Made by a program: the position numbers and the translations under genes. Of a DNA stretch of 64,000 nt, positions 8,511 to 17,792 are shown one piece after another. The stretch spans positions 13,710 through 77,709 of the forward strand of contig JAAYTD010000002.1 in NCBI GenBank assembly GCA_012518115.1. The letters are read 5' to 3'. Every line of letters starts with the position of its first letter. Position 1 is the first letter of the stretch. The notes under the pieces were generated by a model. That model saw only the letters and a program-made list of their open reading frames with translations. It did no database searches and was not told the DNA's origin. Source of the DNA: Ignavibacteria bacterium (GTDB lineage: Bacteria > Bacteroidota > Ignavibacteria > Kapaibacteriales > UBA2268).

Positions 8511-9086
8511 TCATTTAGCAAATCCAATAGTTAAGGCTAATGTAGCCCAGCATTGTTCAGAAAGTTCAAGAGTCTTGCCAATTAAATCATGGTCTATCAT
8601 AAGTCTTACCACACAAGCTAGTCCTTCGGAGCTACAATACAAATAAGCATTTTGTGATATAAATCCTGCATCTGCACTAGCTGTAATTTTCTTATCAAGT
8701 TCATTAACTTTATCTACTTTAGCTAAATCTGAAATAAGCAAGATATTAAGCGGAGCTTTTTGCGAGTACTCTTGTTTTCCTGCAATATGTCTTAAGTCAC
8801 CAGATTTCAATAGAATTAAAGAATGTTCTTTATGATTATAATGATAAGTAGCTTCTTTTGTAATAATATACATTTCATTAGATTGCCAGTTTTTAGCAGA
8901 AGGTGCTGTTCTCTTCCCTGTCTCTACACGGTTTATTCCGAACATCGCCCAAAGTAAATCTGACAATTGTTGCATAGAAATTAATTTATCAGAAAATTCT
9001 TTAATTGATTTTCGTTCTGCCAACGCCTGCATTATCGGCATTCCACCTTTCATATTAGGTTCGGGTAATTTTATTATTTTTTCCAT
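8511..9086 (-). CDS. Nitroreductase-family protein
   Basis: The N-terminal ALAERKSIKEFSD...LSDLLWA is typical of the nitroreductase fold (RxSxR/K-type FMN site). The size is about 190 aa. The track start at 9092 is TTG; the first ATG is at 9086. Confidence 0.65.
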   Translation of the reverse strand: MEKIIKLPEPNMKGGMPIMQALAERKSIKEFSDKLISMQQLSDLLWAMFGINRVETGKRTAPSAKNWQSNEMYIITKEATYHYNHKEHSLILLKSGDLRHIAGKQEYSQKAPLNILLISDLAKVDKVNELDKKITASADAGFISQNAYLYCSSEGLACVVRLMIDHDLIGKTLELSEQCWATLALTIGFAK

Positions 9087-9279
9087 CTCCAATTACATTA
9101 ATTTTAGATTTATATTAAATTTTAGTTCAAGATATTTTTAACATCTCACTTTTTTAACAAATATAACACTTTTATTACATATTTCAATATCAAATTGGCT
9201 TGATAAACAAAATAAATAAAAATAAAATCATTACTTATTCGTCATAAAAAATTGTAAGTAAGTATAAATTAAATAACAA

Positions 9280-9987
9280 ATGAATATCACAATAATTAGT
9301 TCGGAATCGCGGAGCGACAAAATTGGTATTACAAAAAAAATTACTTCTGCTTTTTTAAAAGGCATTGAAGAAAAAGGTGGTAGAACTAACATTTTTTATA
9401 TGAACGATTTAGATATACAAGAATGTCAAGGCTGTACAAGTGATATAAATTTCACGCCAAAAGAAGTTTGTAAAATTAACGACTCTATGCAAGATTTATA
9501 TAAATTTTTCAGAGAATCTACTATTTGGGTATTCATTTTAAACTTTATTTCGCCTATAACTTACAAGAATTTTCACAACTTACTCGATAGATTAGAACCA
9601 CTTTTCCAACCAAAAACAAGCCGACCGGGTAAAATTGCAACAATTATGACTTCAGATTTAGACAACCAAAAACAAGCCGATACAGCAATAAAACAAATAA
9701 AAATAACAGCAGATATTTTTGGAAAAACATTAATGACACCTATTTTACGAAAGCAATTCTCCTTGTTAGAATTTTTAGATAGAAAAAATGCATTAAAAAT
9801 TGAAGAAAACAACATCTTTAAAGCATTTGAAAAATTAGGTAGTCAAGTAATTAGTTGCAATGATTTTGATGCAGAGACAGTAAAAGTTGCTTCACAAATA
9901 TTTGAAGTACCTGAAAATTTTATAGAACATTACTGGAAAGTAGAATTATTTGATAAAAATAAAATACAAAAAATGTTGCCATCTTAA
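9280..9987 (+). CDS. Flavodoxin-like fold / NAD(P)H-dependent FMN reductase-like protein (iron-sulfur flavoprotein-like)
   Basis: The N-terminal beta-strand plus phosphate-loop-like ITIISSESRSDKIGITKKI and a CQGC motif resemble Isf/multimeric flavodoxin family members. This is a weak, motif-level call only. Confidence 0.45.
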   Translation: MNITIISSESRSDKIGITKKITSAFLKGIEEKGGRTNIFYMNDLDIQECQGCTSDINFTPKEVCKINDSMQDLYKFFRESTIWVFILNFISPITYKNFHNLLDRLEPLFQPKTSRPGKIATIMTSDLDNQKQADTAIKQIKITADIFGKTLMTPILRKQFSLLEFLDRKNALKIEENNIFKAFEKLGSQVISCNDFDAETVKVASQIFEVPENFIEHYWKVELFDKNKIQKMLPS

Positions 9988-10025
9988 ATGTCTATAAATA
10001 TATTATAAATAAGTATCTTATAAAA

Positions 10026-10078
10026 AAAACGACTTTACATTCAATTCCATATTTCTAATGAATATAAAGTCGTTTTAG
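10026..10078. terminator. Hairpin terminator between the flavodoxin-like gene (+) and tRNA-Lys (-)
   Basis: aaacgactttacattc ... gaatataaagtcgttt forms a 16-bp stem with one mismatch. It is flanked by an A-run on the left and a T-run on the right, so it could act in both directions. Confidence 0.6.
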
Positions 10079-10082
10079 TATG

Positions 10083-10156
10083 TACACGCGGCGGGGCTCG
10101 AACCCGCGACCCTCTGATTAAGAGTCAGATGCTCTGGCCAGCTGAGCTACGCATGC
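10083..10156 (-). tRNA. tRNA-Lys (anticodon CTT)
   Basis: Cloverleaf folded by hand (74 nt). The acceptor is GCATGCG/CGCGTGT (two G-U pairs). The D arm is GCTC-AGCTGGCCA-GAGC. The anticodon arm is TCTGA-CTCTTAA-TCAGA. The variable loop is GGGTC. The T arm is GCGGG-TTCGAGC-CCCGC. The discriminator is A and CCA is not encoded. Confidence 0.9.
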
Positions 10157-10242
10157 ACTACAAAAATACTTCTTTTTTTTTATTAATCAAACAAAAAATA
10201 TTTATTCTGAAAATATTTATTTTTTTTCTCAATAAAAAGTGT

Positions 10243-10250
10243 TATTTTTG
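10243..10250 (+). promoter_or_regulatory. Candidate -7 promoter element (TAnnTTTG) for the greA leader
   Basis: TATTTTTG matches the Bacteroidetes-type -7 consensus TAnnTTTG. It lies about 110 nt upstream of the greA ATG and upstream of the leader hairpin. The motif is frequent by chance in AT-rich DNA. Confidence 0.3.
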
Positions 10251-10295
10251 AAATTAAATTTTTCATAGATATTTTATTAAATTATTTTATTGTTT

Positions 10296-10338
10296 GAAAT
10301 CTCCTGAGGGATTTTCCGCGGGAGGTTTCTCTTTTTTA
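10296..10338 (+). terminator. Intrinsic-terminator-like hairpin plus T-tract in the greA 5' leader
   Basis: gaaatctcc-(16 nt)-ggaggtttc forms a 9-bp stem including one G-U pair. It is followed by tctctttttt and lies 23 nt upstream of the greA start. Confidence 0.5.
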
Positions 10339-10360
10339 TTATATTTTTGGAATTTATATA

Positions 10361-10837
10361 ATGTCAGATGTAGTTTATTTAACAAAACAAAGAATGAAAG
10401 AGATAGAAGATGAGTATCAACATCTTACGACAGTAGCAAGAAAAGAAATAGCACAAAAAATTGCAGATGCTCGCTCTCATGGCGACTTGTCTGAGAATGC
10501 AGATTATGATGCAGCTAAAGAAGAACAAGGCTTATTAGAATTAAAAATCAGTCAGTTAGGTGAATTACTTGCAAAATCTCAAATAATATCTTCTAGTGAT
10601 TTTCCAACAGATAAGGTATATATTTTATCGAAAGTTACAATTAAAAATTTAGGAACTAAATCTACAGAAACTTATTCGTTGGTAAGTGCTGCTGAAGCAG
10701 ATTTTGAACAAAACAAATTAGCTGTAAGTTCCCCTTTAGGAAAAGCCTTGTTAGGAAAAGTAGTTGGAGATATTGTAGAGATAACAACCCCAGCGGGAAC
10801 AAACAAATTTGAAATTATAGAAATAGGAAAAATATAA
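10361..10837 (+). CDS. greA: Transcription elongation factor GreA
   Basis: The 158-aa protein has an N-terminal coiled coil with ARSHGDLSENADYDAAKEEQG (acidic tip motif) and a C-terminal FKBP-like domain with SPLGKALLGKVVGD. Confidence 0.95.
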   Translation: MSDVVYLTKQRMKEIEDEYQHLTTVARKEIAQKIADARSHGDLSENADYDAAKEEQGLLELKISQLGELLAKSQIISSSDFPTDKVYILSKVTIKNLGTKSTETYSLVSAAEADFEQNKLAVSSPLGKALLGKVVGDIVEITTPAGTNKFEIIEIGKI

Positions 10838-10875
10838 AAAAGCAAACAATACTATTTAATTATATTTGCATTAAA

Positions 10876-10921
10876 AACTTTAAAAACGACTTTTAATAAT
10901 CATATTTATAGGTCGTTTTTT
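10876..10921 (+). terminator. greA terminator
   Basis: aaaaacgac ... gtcgttttt forms a hairpin followed by a T-run, about 40 nt after the greA stop. Confidence 0.55.
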
Positions 10922-11073
10922 ACTTATTTATAATAAAACAAATAATTGCAAATAACAAAGTTTATTATTTCACAATTTTACAAAAAAAACATAGTATTTA
11001 TAATATTTCTATAAAATTTCAATAAAATTTAAAAAAAACACAAATAAAGTTGTATTTAAAAATATAAATTTTG

Positions 11074-11081
11074 TACTTTTG
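11074..11081 (+). promoter_or_regulatory. Candidate -7 promoter element (TACTTTTG) upstream of the epimerase gene
   Basis: It matches TAnnTTTG and lies about 50 nt upstream of the ATG at 11134. Confidence 0.3.
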
Positions 11082-11133
11082 TATGAAGTATTTAATGTAA
11101 ACACGTCATAATTTATAAAGAATATAAATTAAT

Positions 11134-12057
11134 ATGAAAATTTTAATTACAGGAGGAGCTGGTTTTATTGCTTCTCATATAGCAGATGCTTATATAAAAC
11201 TTGGACACGATGTTGTAATTATAGATAATTTAAGCACAGGTTTTGAAGAAAACATCAATCCTAAAGCAAAATTTTACAAATTAGATATTACTTCACCTGA
11301 AATCATAGAAGTATTTGAAAAAGAAAAATTTGATATTATTTCGCATCATGCTGCCCAAATGAATGTGCGTTTTTCAGTTGAAAATCCTATTATTGATTCT
11401 AATATCAATATATTAGGTAGCTTAAATCTATATGAAGCGGCAGTAAAAACAGGTGTAAAAAAAGTTATTTTTGCTTCAACAGGTGGCGCTGTTTATGGCG
11501 AAACGGATATAATTCCGACACCAGAAACAACGGAGCTCCGCCCTTGTTCACCTTATGGAATTTCAAAACTTACAAACGAAAAATTCTTATTTTATTACAA
11601 TCAAGTTTACAATTTAGATTATACTATTTTAAGATATGCAAATGTTTTCGGTTCAAGACAAAATCCACAAGGTGAAGCGGGAGTGGTTGCAATATTTATC
11701 AATAAAATGCTTAGCCGCGAACAACCGATTATCAACGGCGACGGACTTTATACTCGTGATTATATTCATATTTCTGATGTAGTTGGCGCAAATATATTGT
11801 CTTTAAATGATAATAAGCCTAATATTTACAATATTGGCACAGGAATTGAGACTACAACAAATGAAATTTTTAGAATAATTAAAAATTCTATCAATGCAGA
11901 TTGTTCTGAAGTCCATGGTGAAGCTAAAAAAGGCGAACAAAGACGTAGCTGTATTAGCTATAAAAAAATAAAGCAAGAACTAAATTGGGAACCTAAGGTT
12001 TCGTTAGAACAAGGCATTAAAGAAACTGTAGATTTTTTTAGAAATAAAAATCTATAA
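11134..12057 (+). CDS. NAD-dependent epimerase/dehydratase (GalE/UDP-sugar 4-epimerase-like SDR)
   Basis: The Rossmann motif is ILITGGAGFIASH. The catalytic YxxxK is in SPYGISKLTNE. The 307-aa size fits the family. Confidence 0.9.
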   Translation: MKILITGGAGFIASHIADAYIKLGHDVVIIDNLSTGFEENINPKAKFYKLDITSPEIIEVFEKEKFDIISHHAAQMNVRFSVENPIIDSNINILGSLNLYEAAVKTGVKKVIFASTGGAVYGETDIIPTPETTELRPCSPYGISKLTNEKFLFYYNQVYNLDYTILRYANVFGSRQNPQGEAGVVAIFINKMLSREQPIINGDGLYTRDYIHISDVVGANILSLNDNKPNIYNIGTGIETTTNEIFRIIKNSINADCSEVHGEAKKGEQRRSCISYKKIKQELNWEPKVSLEQGIKETVDFFRNKNL

Positions 12058-12150
12058 AATAATTACATTTTTATTAAATATTTTTATTATTTTGCAAAAT
12101 TATTTTTATTATACATATATTTTTTTTACTAAATTAAATTATATTATAAA

Positions 12151-12510
12151 ATGAAACTTAATACTATGTTAAAAAAAGACATCGCTTTATTATTAGTATA
12201 TCAAAAAATACTACAAGTTATTATTAGTAATAATACTAAATCAAATAATCTATATTTTTTGTATTTAACATATTTTAACAACTTTTCTATAGCTTCTAAG
12301 AAGAAAAAAGATGTAGATGAATTTGATGATTTTGATGACGATGAATTTGATGATAATAACGACTTTCAAGATGACAGATATTTTGAAAATGAAGACGAAG
12401 ATGAATTCAAAGACGATGAGCTATTTGAATTTGACGACGATGACTTTATTTTCAATGATGATTTTGATGATGACGAACTGTTTGAAATCGACGACGATGA
12501 TGATTTTTAA
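12151..12510 (+). CDS. Hypothetical extremely acidic D/E/F-rich small protein
   Basis: The 119-codon ORF has a C-terminal 70 aa that is almost only D, E and F, ending ELFEIDDDDDF. A strong bidirectional terminator follows it. A second frame is also open across the gat-rich tract, so coding status is uncertain. Confidence 0.35.
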   Translation: MKLNTMLKKDIALLLVYQKILQVIISNNTKSNNLYFLYLTYFNNFSIASKKKKDVDEFDDFDDDEFDDNNDFQDDRYFENEDEDEFKDDELFEFDDDDFIFNDDFDDDELFEIDDDDDF

Positions 12511-12530
12511 TTAATTTCAATACAAAAGTA

Positions 12531-12580
12531 AAAAATCTGTCTGTTTTATTATTTACTTATAAAACAGACAGATTTTTTTA
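12531..12580. terminator. Bidirectional terminator between convergent genes
   Basis: A perfect 18-bp stem, aaaaatctgtctgtttta / taaaacagacagattttt, encloses an 11-nt loop. It is flanked by an A-run and a T-run. Confidence 0.8.
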
Positions 12581-12603
12581 TTGCAACTACAATATAAAAG
12601 CTA

Positions 12604-14106
12604 TTACTTGAAAAAATACACAAATGATTTTGAATATTTTTTATCCATTTCAATTTTATTTGTTCCAAGAGTTGCTTCACTAACTTCCGATACAAATGTT
12701 CCTATTGCACATATATTGGAATTGCTTACACAAAAATCTTTAATTTTTGTTTCTCCATTTGCTTCAATAATATCACAAGAGGAAACTTCCCAATTAGCAT
12801 CATATTTTATAATGAACGGAAAGTATTTTTGGCGACTTATAGTTCTATTTGATGTAGATACATATTTTTTGCCATCTCCTATGTCCATATTTCCTGCAAA
12901 ATTACCAATTAACACATAATTATTCCCTACTTGTTGAAATCCTGCAATCTCTACGTAACAGTTTCTAGTTTCTCCTGTTTTTGTATTTTCAATTTCCCCT
13001 TCTTGACTTACTTGTGTAATAAAGAAAGTTGTTCTTCCGTTGTTTTCAAATTTATTTAGTTCTTTCTCCCCTGCTTTATCCCATATAGCTAAGCTCTTTG
13101 AAAAGCTTCCTGTTACATATATTTTACTTTCATCTTCCGATAATGAAACCTTAAAAGCTTTGGGACGAGAATGTGCTACCGATAAATTTGACCCCATATT
13201 TGCCGCCATTACGCAATTTCCTTCAACATCATATTTTGCTAAGAAAACGCAACCATAAGCTGGAGAAGAAGTAATTCCCGTTGGCAAAGGTAAACTAGCG
13301 CCACTTAAATTTAATTTACCGCCCGAAAATTCGCCAACTATATACAAGTTAGATTCTTTATCCAACACGGCACTTTTTGCAATACTTGCACTTCCCGCGC
13401 CTTCGCTTACCGTGCCTTTTATCCATAAAGCATTTCCGTCTTTATCAAAACGAATTATAATAGCTGATGAGTAGCTGCCCGGACGATTATAAGTAATTTT
13501 ATCTTGCTTAATTCTCCGGATATTTTGAGTTACTGAAGTTACAACAACAATATCCCCTGCCTGACTTACTACTAAATCAGTCTCTTCAACATTGTTAAAA
13601 GCTTCTATAGATTTTCCCCATATAAGCTCACCATTTTCATTGAACTTAGCAAGAAAAGCAAAAGCATCTTTTCCTGTTTTATGTATTGTTGTGTTGTCAA
13701 TAGTTACCGACGATGTTGAAGCACCTAATACATAAATATTCCCCTCAGCATCAGTACGAACACGAATGACTGGATTATCAGCATCATCTTTCGAACCGAA
13801 AGTTTTTGCCCAAATAAATTTACCGGCAGAAATTCTTGCTAAATAGATTTTACTTCTATCTTGCGAAACTAATTTTGAAGCATCTGTAATAGAGCTCAAA
13901 TTTATATCGCCCAAAACAACTTCATCTGCCTTATATTGCCCAACAATAACTAAATCACCGCTAGGTAAACTAGCTACATAACTCCCGAATGAACCTGAAT
14001 TATTAACACCCTTCGTAGTAACAAGCGTAGTCCAAGTATCAGCAGACAAAAAACAACTTGCAAATAAATAAAATATACAAAACAAACAAATTGATTTAAA
14101 TTTCAT
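12604..14106 (-). CDS. Secreted beta-propeller repeat protein (hypothetical)
   Basis: The signal peptide is MKFKSICLFCIFYLFASCFLSA. Repeated motifs such as NIYVLG/LYIVGEF/IYVTGSF followed by DAF.AK...G resemble the SBBP-like repeats in the 23575-28776 protein. The track start at 14118 is GTG. The ATG at 14106 has an AGGTGG 8 nt upstream. Confidence 0.6.
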   Translation of the reverse strand: MKFKSICLFCIFYLFASCFLSADTWTTLVTTKGVNNSGSFGSYVASLPSGDLVIVGQYKADEVVLGDINLSSITDASKLVSQDRSKIYLARISAGKFIWAKTFGSKDDADNPVIRVRTDAEGNIYVLGASTSSVTIDNTTIHKTGKDAFAFLAKFNENGELIWGKSIEAFNNVEETDLVVSQAGDIVVVTSVTQNIRRIKQDKITYNRPGSYSSAIIIRFDKDGNALWIKGTVSEGAGSASIAKSAVLDKESNLYIVGEFSGGKLNLSGASLPLPTGITSSPAYGCVFLAKYDVEGNCVMAANMGSNLSVAHSRPKAFKVSLSEDESKIYVTGSFSKSLAIWDKAGEKELNKFENNGRTTFFITQVSQEGEIENTKTGETRNCYVEIAGFQQVGNNYVLIGNFAGNMDIGDGKKYVSTSNRTISRQKYFPFIIKYDANWEVSSCDIIEANGETKIKDFCVSNSNICAIGTFVSEVSEATLGTNKIEMDKKYSKSFVYFFK

Positions 14107-14240
14107 AGCCATAACCACCTTATATAAAAAAATTAAACAAATTTATATACAAAGATACAAAAAAAAAATTAAATAGTCTTATTTTAGTATTACTATTTGA
14201 AAAAGTTTGAAAAAAATACTATCTTTAAATGTCTTTTTTG

Positions 14241-14248
14241 TATATTTG
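14241..14248 (+). promoter_or_regulatory. Candidate -7 promoter element (TATATTTG)
   Basis: It matches TAnnTTTG and lies about 57 nt upstream of the ATG at 14305. Confidence 0.3.
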
Positions 14249-14304
14249 TATATTCGTTCTTATTAAAGTTGAATATATCTATAAAAATGTAGAATATTAA
14301 AAAT

Positions 14305-16767
14305 ATGAAGCAAACTTTATCAATCGTGTTTTTTTTCATACTACTATCTCAACTTAAATCTGCAACTTACGTCGAAGATTTCTATTGGGAAGCAATGGAA
14401 ATTACTCCTAGAGCATTTAATAGTATATACTGGTATGAAATATATTTCCTGCCTCAAAACCCTCAATATGGCTTTGTTTGCGGAGATTACGGTTCATTTG
14501 CTAAAACTACAGATGGTGGAAAAACTTGGCAAGCTAGTCAAATTACAACAGAGTACTTCCATGCCGAAAGTGTTTTTTTTGCAAATGAATACATAGGCTA
14601 CGTATCCGGAGTAGAAGGTATATTCAAAACTACAGACGGTGGAAACTCTTGGAATAAATTAAAAATTCCACTTTTAGTTGATAAATCTGGGAAAAAATTA
14701 CCTTATACAAATTGGGGACACTACATTATAGGACCCGATAATGTATGGTTAGTTGCCGGTGATTGTCAGAGCGGTTCGCAACAAATTGCACGCTCCCATG
14801 ATGGCGGAATAACTTGGCAGGACACTGTCTTCTATGTAGACGACTCACGCCTTACCGATATTACAATTTACGATAAAAACGGACTTGGCTACGCTATAGG
14901 AAGTGGCTATATTTTTAGGACCTTAGACGGCGGTAAATTTTGGGAATTATTTGCTTCTACTCCTGTTTTTTCTTGGATTGATCCGTACATGCAGGTAAGA
15001 ATTAGCTCTTCTTTTAACTGGCATGAAGATATACAAAACTATAAACAATCTTTCATCATTCCCGTTTCTATGACCTGTCCCGGTTCAACTCACGCACCTG
15101 GTGGCATAGCTTTTTCCGAAAATAATGGCAAGACTTGGAACATAAAAAACACCAAAGCTTCCATGTTCGGTACATTTATTCTTGATGAAAAAACTGGATT
15201 TGCTTGCGGAAAAGACAACGAAATTTATTATACAACTGATGCTGGAAAAACGTGGCAAGACTTTAATTGTGGAATCCCGCCAAATAGACATCTTGATGAT
15301 TTATTCTTTATCAATGATACTACAGGTTTTGTTGTCGGGCAAGGAATTTACCAACTCAAAAGAAAAAACAAAGTATTAACTACATCAGGCAAATTAAATA
15401 TTTGCAAAGATAAAGATAGCTATACTGTTTTAAAGGCAAACGAAAAATTTAATTATTATAACTGGTATCAAATTAAAGATAATGATACAAATTTAATCAG
15501 TACAGAAGATACTGCACATATATCAGAAGAAGGAAAATATTTTGTTGAAGGATTTGATTTTGACTGCTATAAAGTTTTTTCTAAAGTTTTAGAAGTTACA
15601 TTTTTACCGGGTATTAAAGTAGAAATTAAAACCGACAAGCAAAAATACTGCTCAGGTGATACTGCTTTTGTAACATTTGAAAAGAGCGATGAAATTTTAG
15701 ATTTTACATGGTATGACAACTCAAAAAAAGATACTATTCAAATTACAGAAAGCGGTAATTATTGGATAGATTTTATTGATACAAACGGTTGCAAAACGAA
15801 AATAGAATTTTCTTTAGACTTTACTAAACTAGAATCACCTAATCTAGCTGTTCGCGGGAAAAAGAAATTTTGTATAGGTGGAACAACCACTATTTTTATT
15901 GAAAATCCTGATGAATACTCTGATATAATTTGGTTTTGTAATGACAAAGAAATAGACAGAAATAAAAATGAAATCACTGCTAGAACTGAAGGCAAATACT
16001 ACGTCTATGTATCAAAAAACAATGACTGTTACGCTTTTTCCGACACAGTGTTAATTGAAGTTATATATGAAAAAAACACTTTAAGTTTTGAGTTAAATGA
16101 CAATCCTGTCTTCATAGATTCTGTTGCATTTCCACAAATGAGCTGCAAAGATCTAATTATAACAAACAATAGTAACAAAGAATTTGTGCTTGAAAATGTT
16201 TTATTCTTCCATAAAATTTCTTTCACTGCACCAATGACGCAATTTCCACTGAAAATACCTGCAAACAGTAAAGCAAATTTAACTATTTGCTATTCACCTC
16301 AAGCTCTGAGTTGTGAATATGATACTTTATTTTTTGATGATATTTGTTCCGAGCATTTAATAGGACTTTCGGGCTGCGGTCTTCCTCGCAAAGATAGCAG
16401 TATAATTCATTGCGGACTTCCTATAAAGATTTCTACAAAAGAAATTATTAGAAAAAATAGATTTCATACGGAAAATCCTTTTCCTAATCCTATTTTAACA
16501 AAAACCTCTATTAAGTTTATTGTTTTTATTGATAAACAAAATAATAGTCTTGATGAAAATGCGATATTTATTTCATTAAAAAATACTTTAGGCGAAAATA
16601 TACCTATTGAGAAAAACATACGAATTGATGGTTACCTATATGAACAAGACGGAACATTTATAAGTGGTGAAATACAAATATCACCAAATGATGTTTCTTC
16701 AGGTGTCTATTTTCTACAAATAATGTACGCAAGTACAAACTATTTCTATAACTTAATTGTCAATTAA
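14305..16767 (+). CDS. Secreted Ycf48/BNR-repeat (sialidase-like propeller) protein with T9SS C-terminal sorting domain
   Basis: A signal peptide is present. Repeated TTDGGKTWQ / TTDGGNSWN / SHDGGITWQ / TLDGGKFW / SENNGKTWN / TTDAGKTWQ are BNR/Asp-box motifs. The C-terminus NPFPNP...SSGVYFLQIMY...LIVN is T9SS CTD-like. Confidence 0.7.
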   Translation: MKQTLSIVFFFILLSQLKSATYVEDFYWEAMEITPRAFNSIYWYEIYFLPQNPQYGFVCGDYGSFAKTTDGGKTWQASQITTEYFHAESVFFANEYIGYVSGVEGIFKTTDGGNSWNKLKIPLLVDKSGKKLPYTNWGHYIIGPDNVWLVAGDCQSGSQQIARSHDGGITWQDTVFYVDDSRLTDITIYDKNGLGYAIGSGYIFRTLDGGKFWELFASTPVFSWIDPYMQVRISSSFNWHEDIQNYKQSFIIPVSMTCPGSTHAPGGIAFSENNGKTWNIKNTKASMFGTFILDEKTGFACGKDNEIYYTTDAGKTWQDFNCGIPPNRHLDDLFFINDTTGFVVGQGIYQLKRKNKVLTTSGKLNICKDKDSYTVLKANEKFNYYNWYQIKDNDTNLISTEDTAHISEEGKYFVEGFDFDCYKVFSKVLEVTFLPGIKVEIKTDKQKYCSGDTAFVTFEKSDEILDFTWYDNSKKDTIQITESGNYWIDFIDTNGCKTKIEFSLDFTKLESPNLAVRGKKKFCIGGTTTIFIENPDEYSDIIWFCNDKEIDRNKNEITARTEGKYYVYVSKNNDCYAFSDTVLIEVIYEKNTLSFELNDNPVFIDSVAFPQMSCKDLIITNNSNKEFVLENVLFFHKISFTAPMTQFPLKIPANSKANLTICYSPQALSCEYDTLFFDDICSEHLIGLSGCGLPRKDSSIIHCGLPIKISTKEIIRKNRFHTENPFPNPILTKTSIKFIVFIDKQNNSLDENAIFISLKNTLGENIPIEKNIRIDGYLYEQDGTFISGEIQISPNDVSSGVYFLQIMYASTNYFYNLIVN

Positions 16768-17790
16768 ATGGGAAATAACATTTTCAAGTATAACGAAATT
16801 ATATTGCAAAAAGCTATAGAAACTTTTTTCCAAAACAACACTCAACAATTTACAACTACTAATGGAAAGAAGTTACAGATTATCTCTATTGGTGATTTCA
16901 ACCCAGATTTTGGACCTGATTTTCGCAATAGCTGCATTTATATTGACAATGAAATTAAAATAGGCGATGTTGAATTTCATAAGAAAAGTTCGGAATGGAT
17001 TAAACATAATCATCATACAAATCCAAATTACAATAAAGTCATCTTACACATAATCTTACAAAACGATATAGAATTAACTGAAAAAATTAAAGTAAAATTT
17101 GATACTTTACTACTAGACGAAAAAGCTCTTTGGAACGAGCTCCACAAACCAAACACTTCAATTAAATCAAACGAAATAACACAAAGAGAATTTGCCCTAT
17201 TACGCCTTTTGAAAAAAACTATAGAAACATATTATTTGTTAAAAAATAATTCTATAGAAGAAGTACTTTCTGTAAATACAAATTCTTTTTTATCAAGATA
17301 TTTTCATAGACGCAGACGATATAATCTCTATAATTTAGAAGAGATACAAAATTTAACTAAGAACATAGCCAGTTCAAATTTTTCATATTTTTTAACAAAC
17401 ATCTACTCTAACAAAATAAATCTTTCTCAAGATGAAATTTCTAAATTATTAGCTAAATCAATTCTAAATGAAGGCAAACATTTACGAACGGAATTATTTG
17501 TTAATGTAGTCTTACCTATTTCTTTTTGCATTGCAAATAACTCACAAAAAGAAAATATATTAGATTGGTATTGGAATGCTAAAACAGTTTGCAAATACAC
17601 TAGTTTATATAAATTCTTTCCTGAAGAAACTCAAACTTATATTTGGCAACAACAAGCTTTAATAGAAATTTTGAAAACTAATCAACACAAAATAAATAAT
17701 GATGAGATTTACAGAAATGAATTTAATTTTTTAAAAAATATAAGAATGGCTAATTTGAATAGTCCACCATTCTATATGAAAATCAATTAG
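16768..17790 (+). CDS. DUF2851-like protein
   Basis: GPDFRNSCIYIDNEIKIGDVEFHKKSSEWIKHNHHTNPNYNKVILHI resembles the DUF2851 signature as I remember it. The ATG directly abuts the upstream stop codon. Confidence 0.45.
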   Translation: MGNNIFKYNEIILQKAIETFFQNNTQQFTTTNGKKLQIISIGDFNPDFGPDFRNSCIYIDNEIKIGDVEFHKKSSEWIKHNHHTNPNYNKVILHIILQNDIELTEKIKVKFDTLLLDEKALWNELHKPNTSIKSNEITQREFALLRLLKKTIETYYLLKNNSIEEVLSVNTNSFLSRYFHRRRRYNLYNLEEIQNLTKNIASSNFSYFLTNIYSNKINLSQDEISKLLAKSILNEGKHLRTELFVNVVLPISFCIANNSQKENILDWYWNAKTVCKYTSLYKFFPEETQTYIWQQQALIEILKTNQHKINNDEIYRNEFNFLKNIRMANLNSPPFYMKIN

Positions 17791-17792
17791 TG

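Noticed and set aside
1-10156. The defence locus as a genomic island integrated at tRNA-Lys (10083-10156).
   Set aside because: I found no direct repeat of the tRNA 3' end elsewhere in the window. No integrase is adjacent to the tRNA; the only recombinase is the small invertase-type enzyme. Nitroreductase and flavodoxin genes lie between them. The left boundary is outside the window, so this cannot be evaluated.
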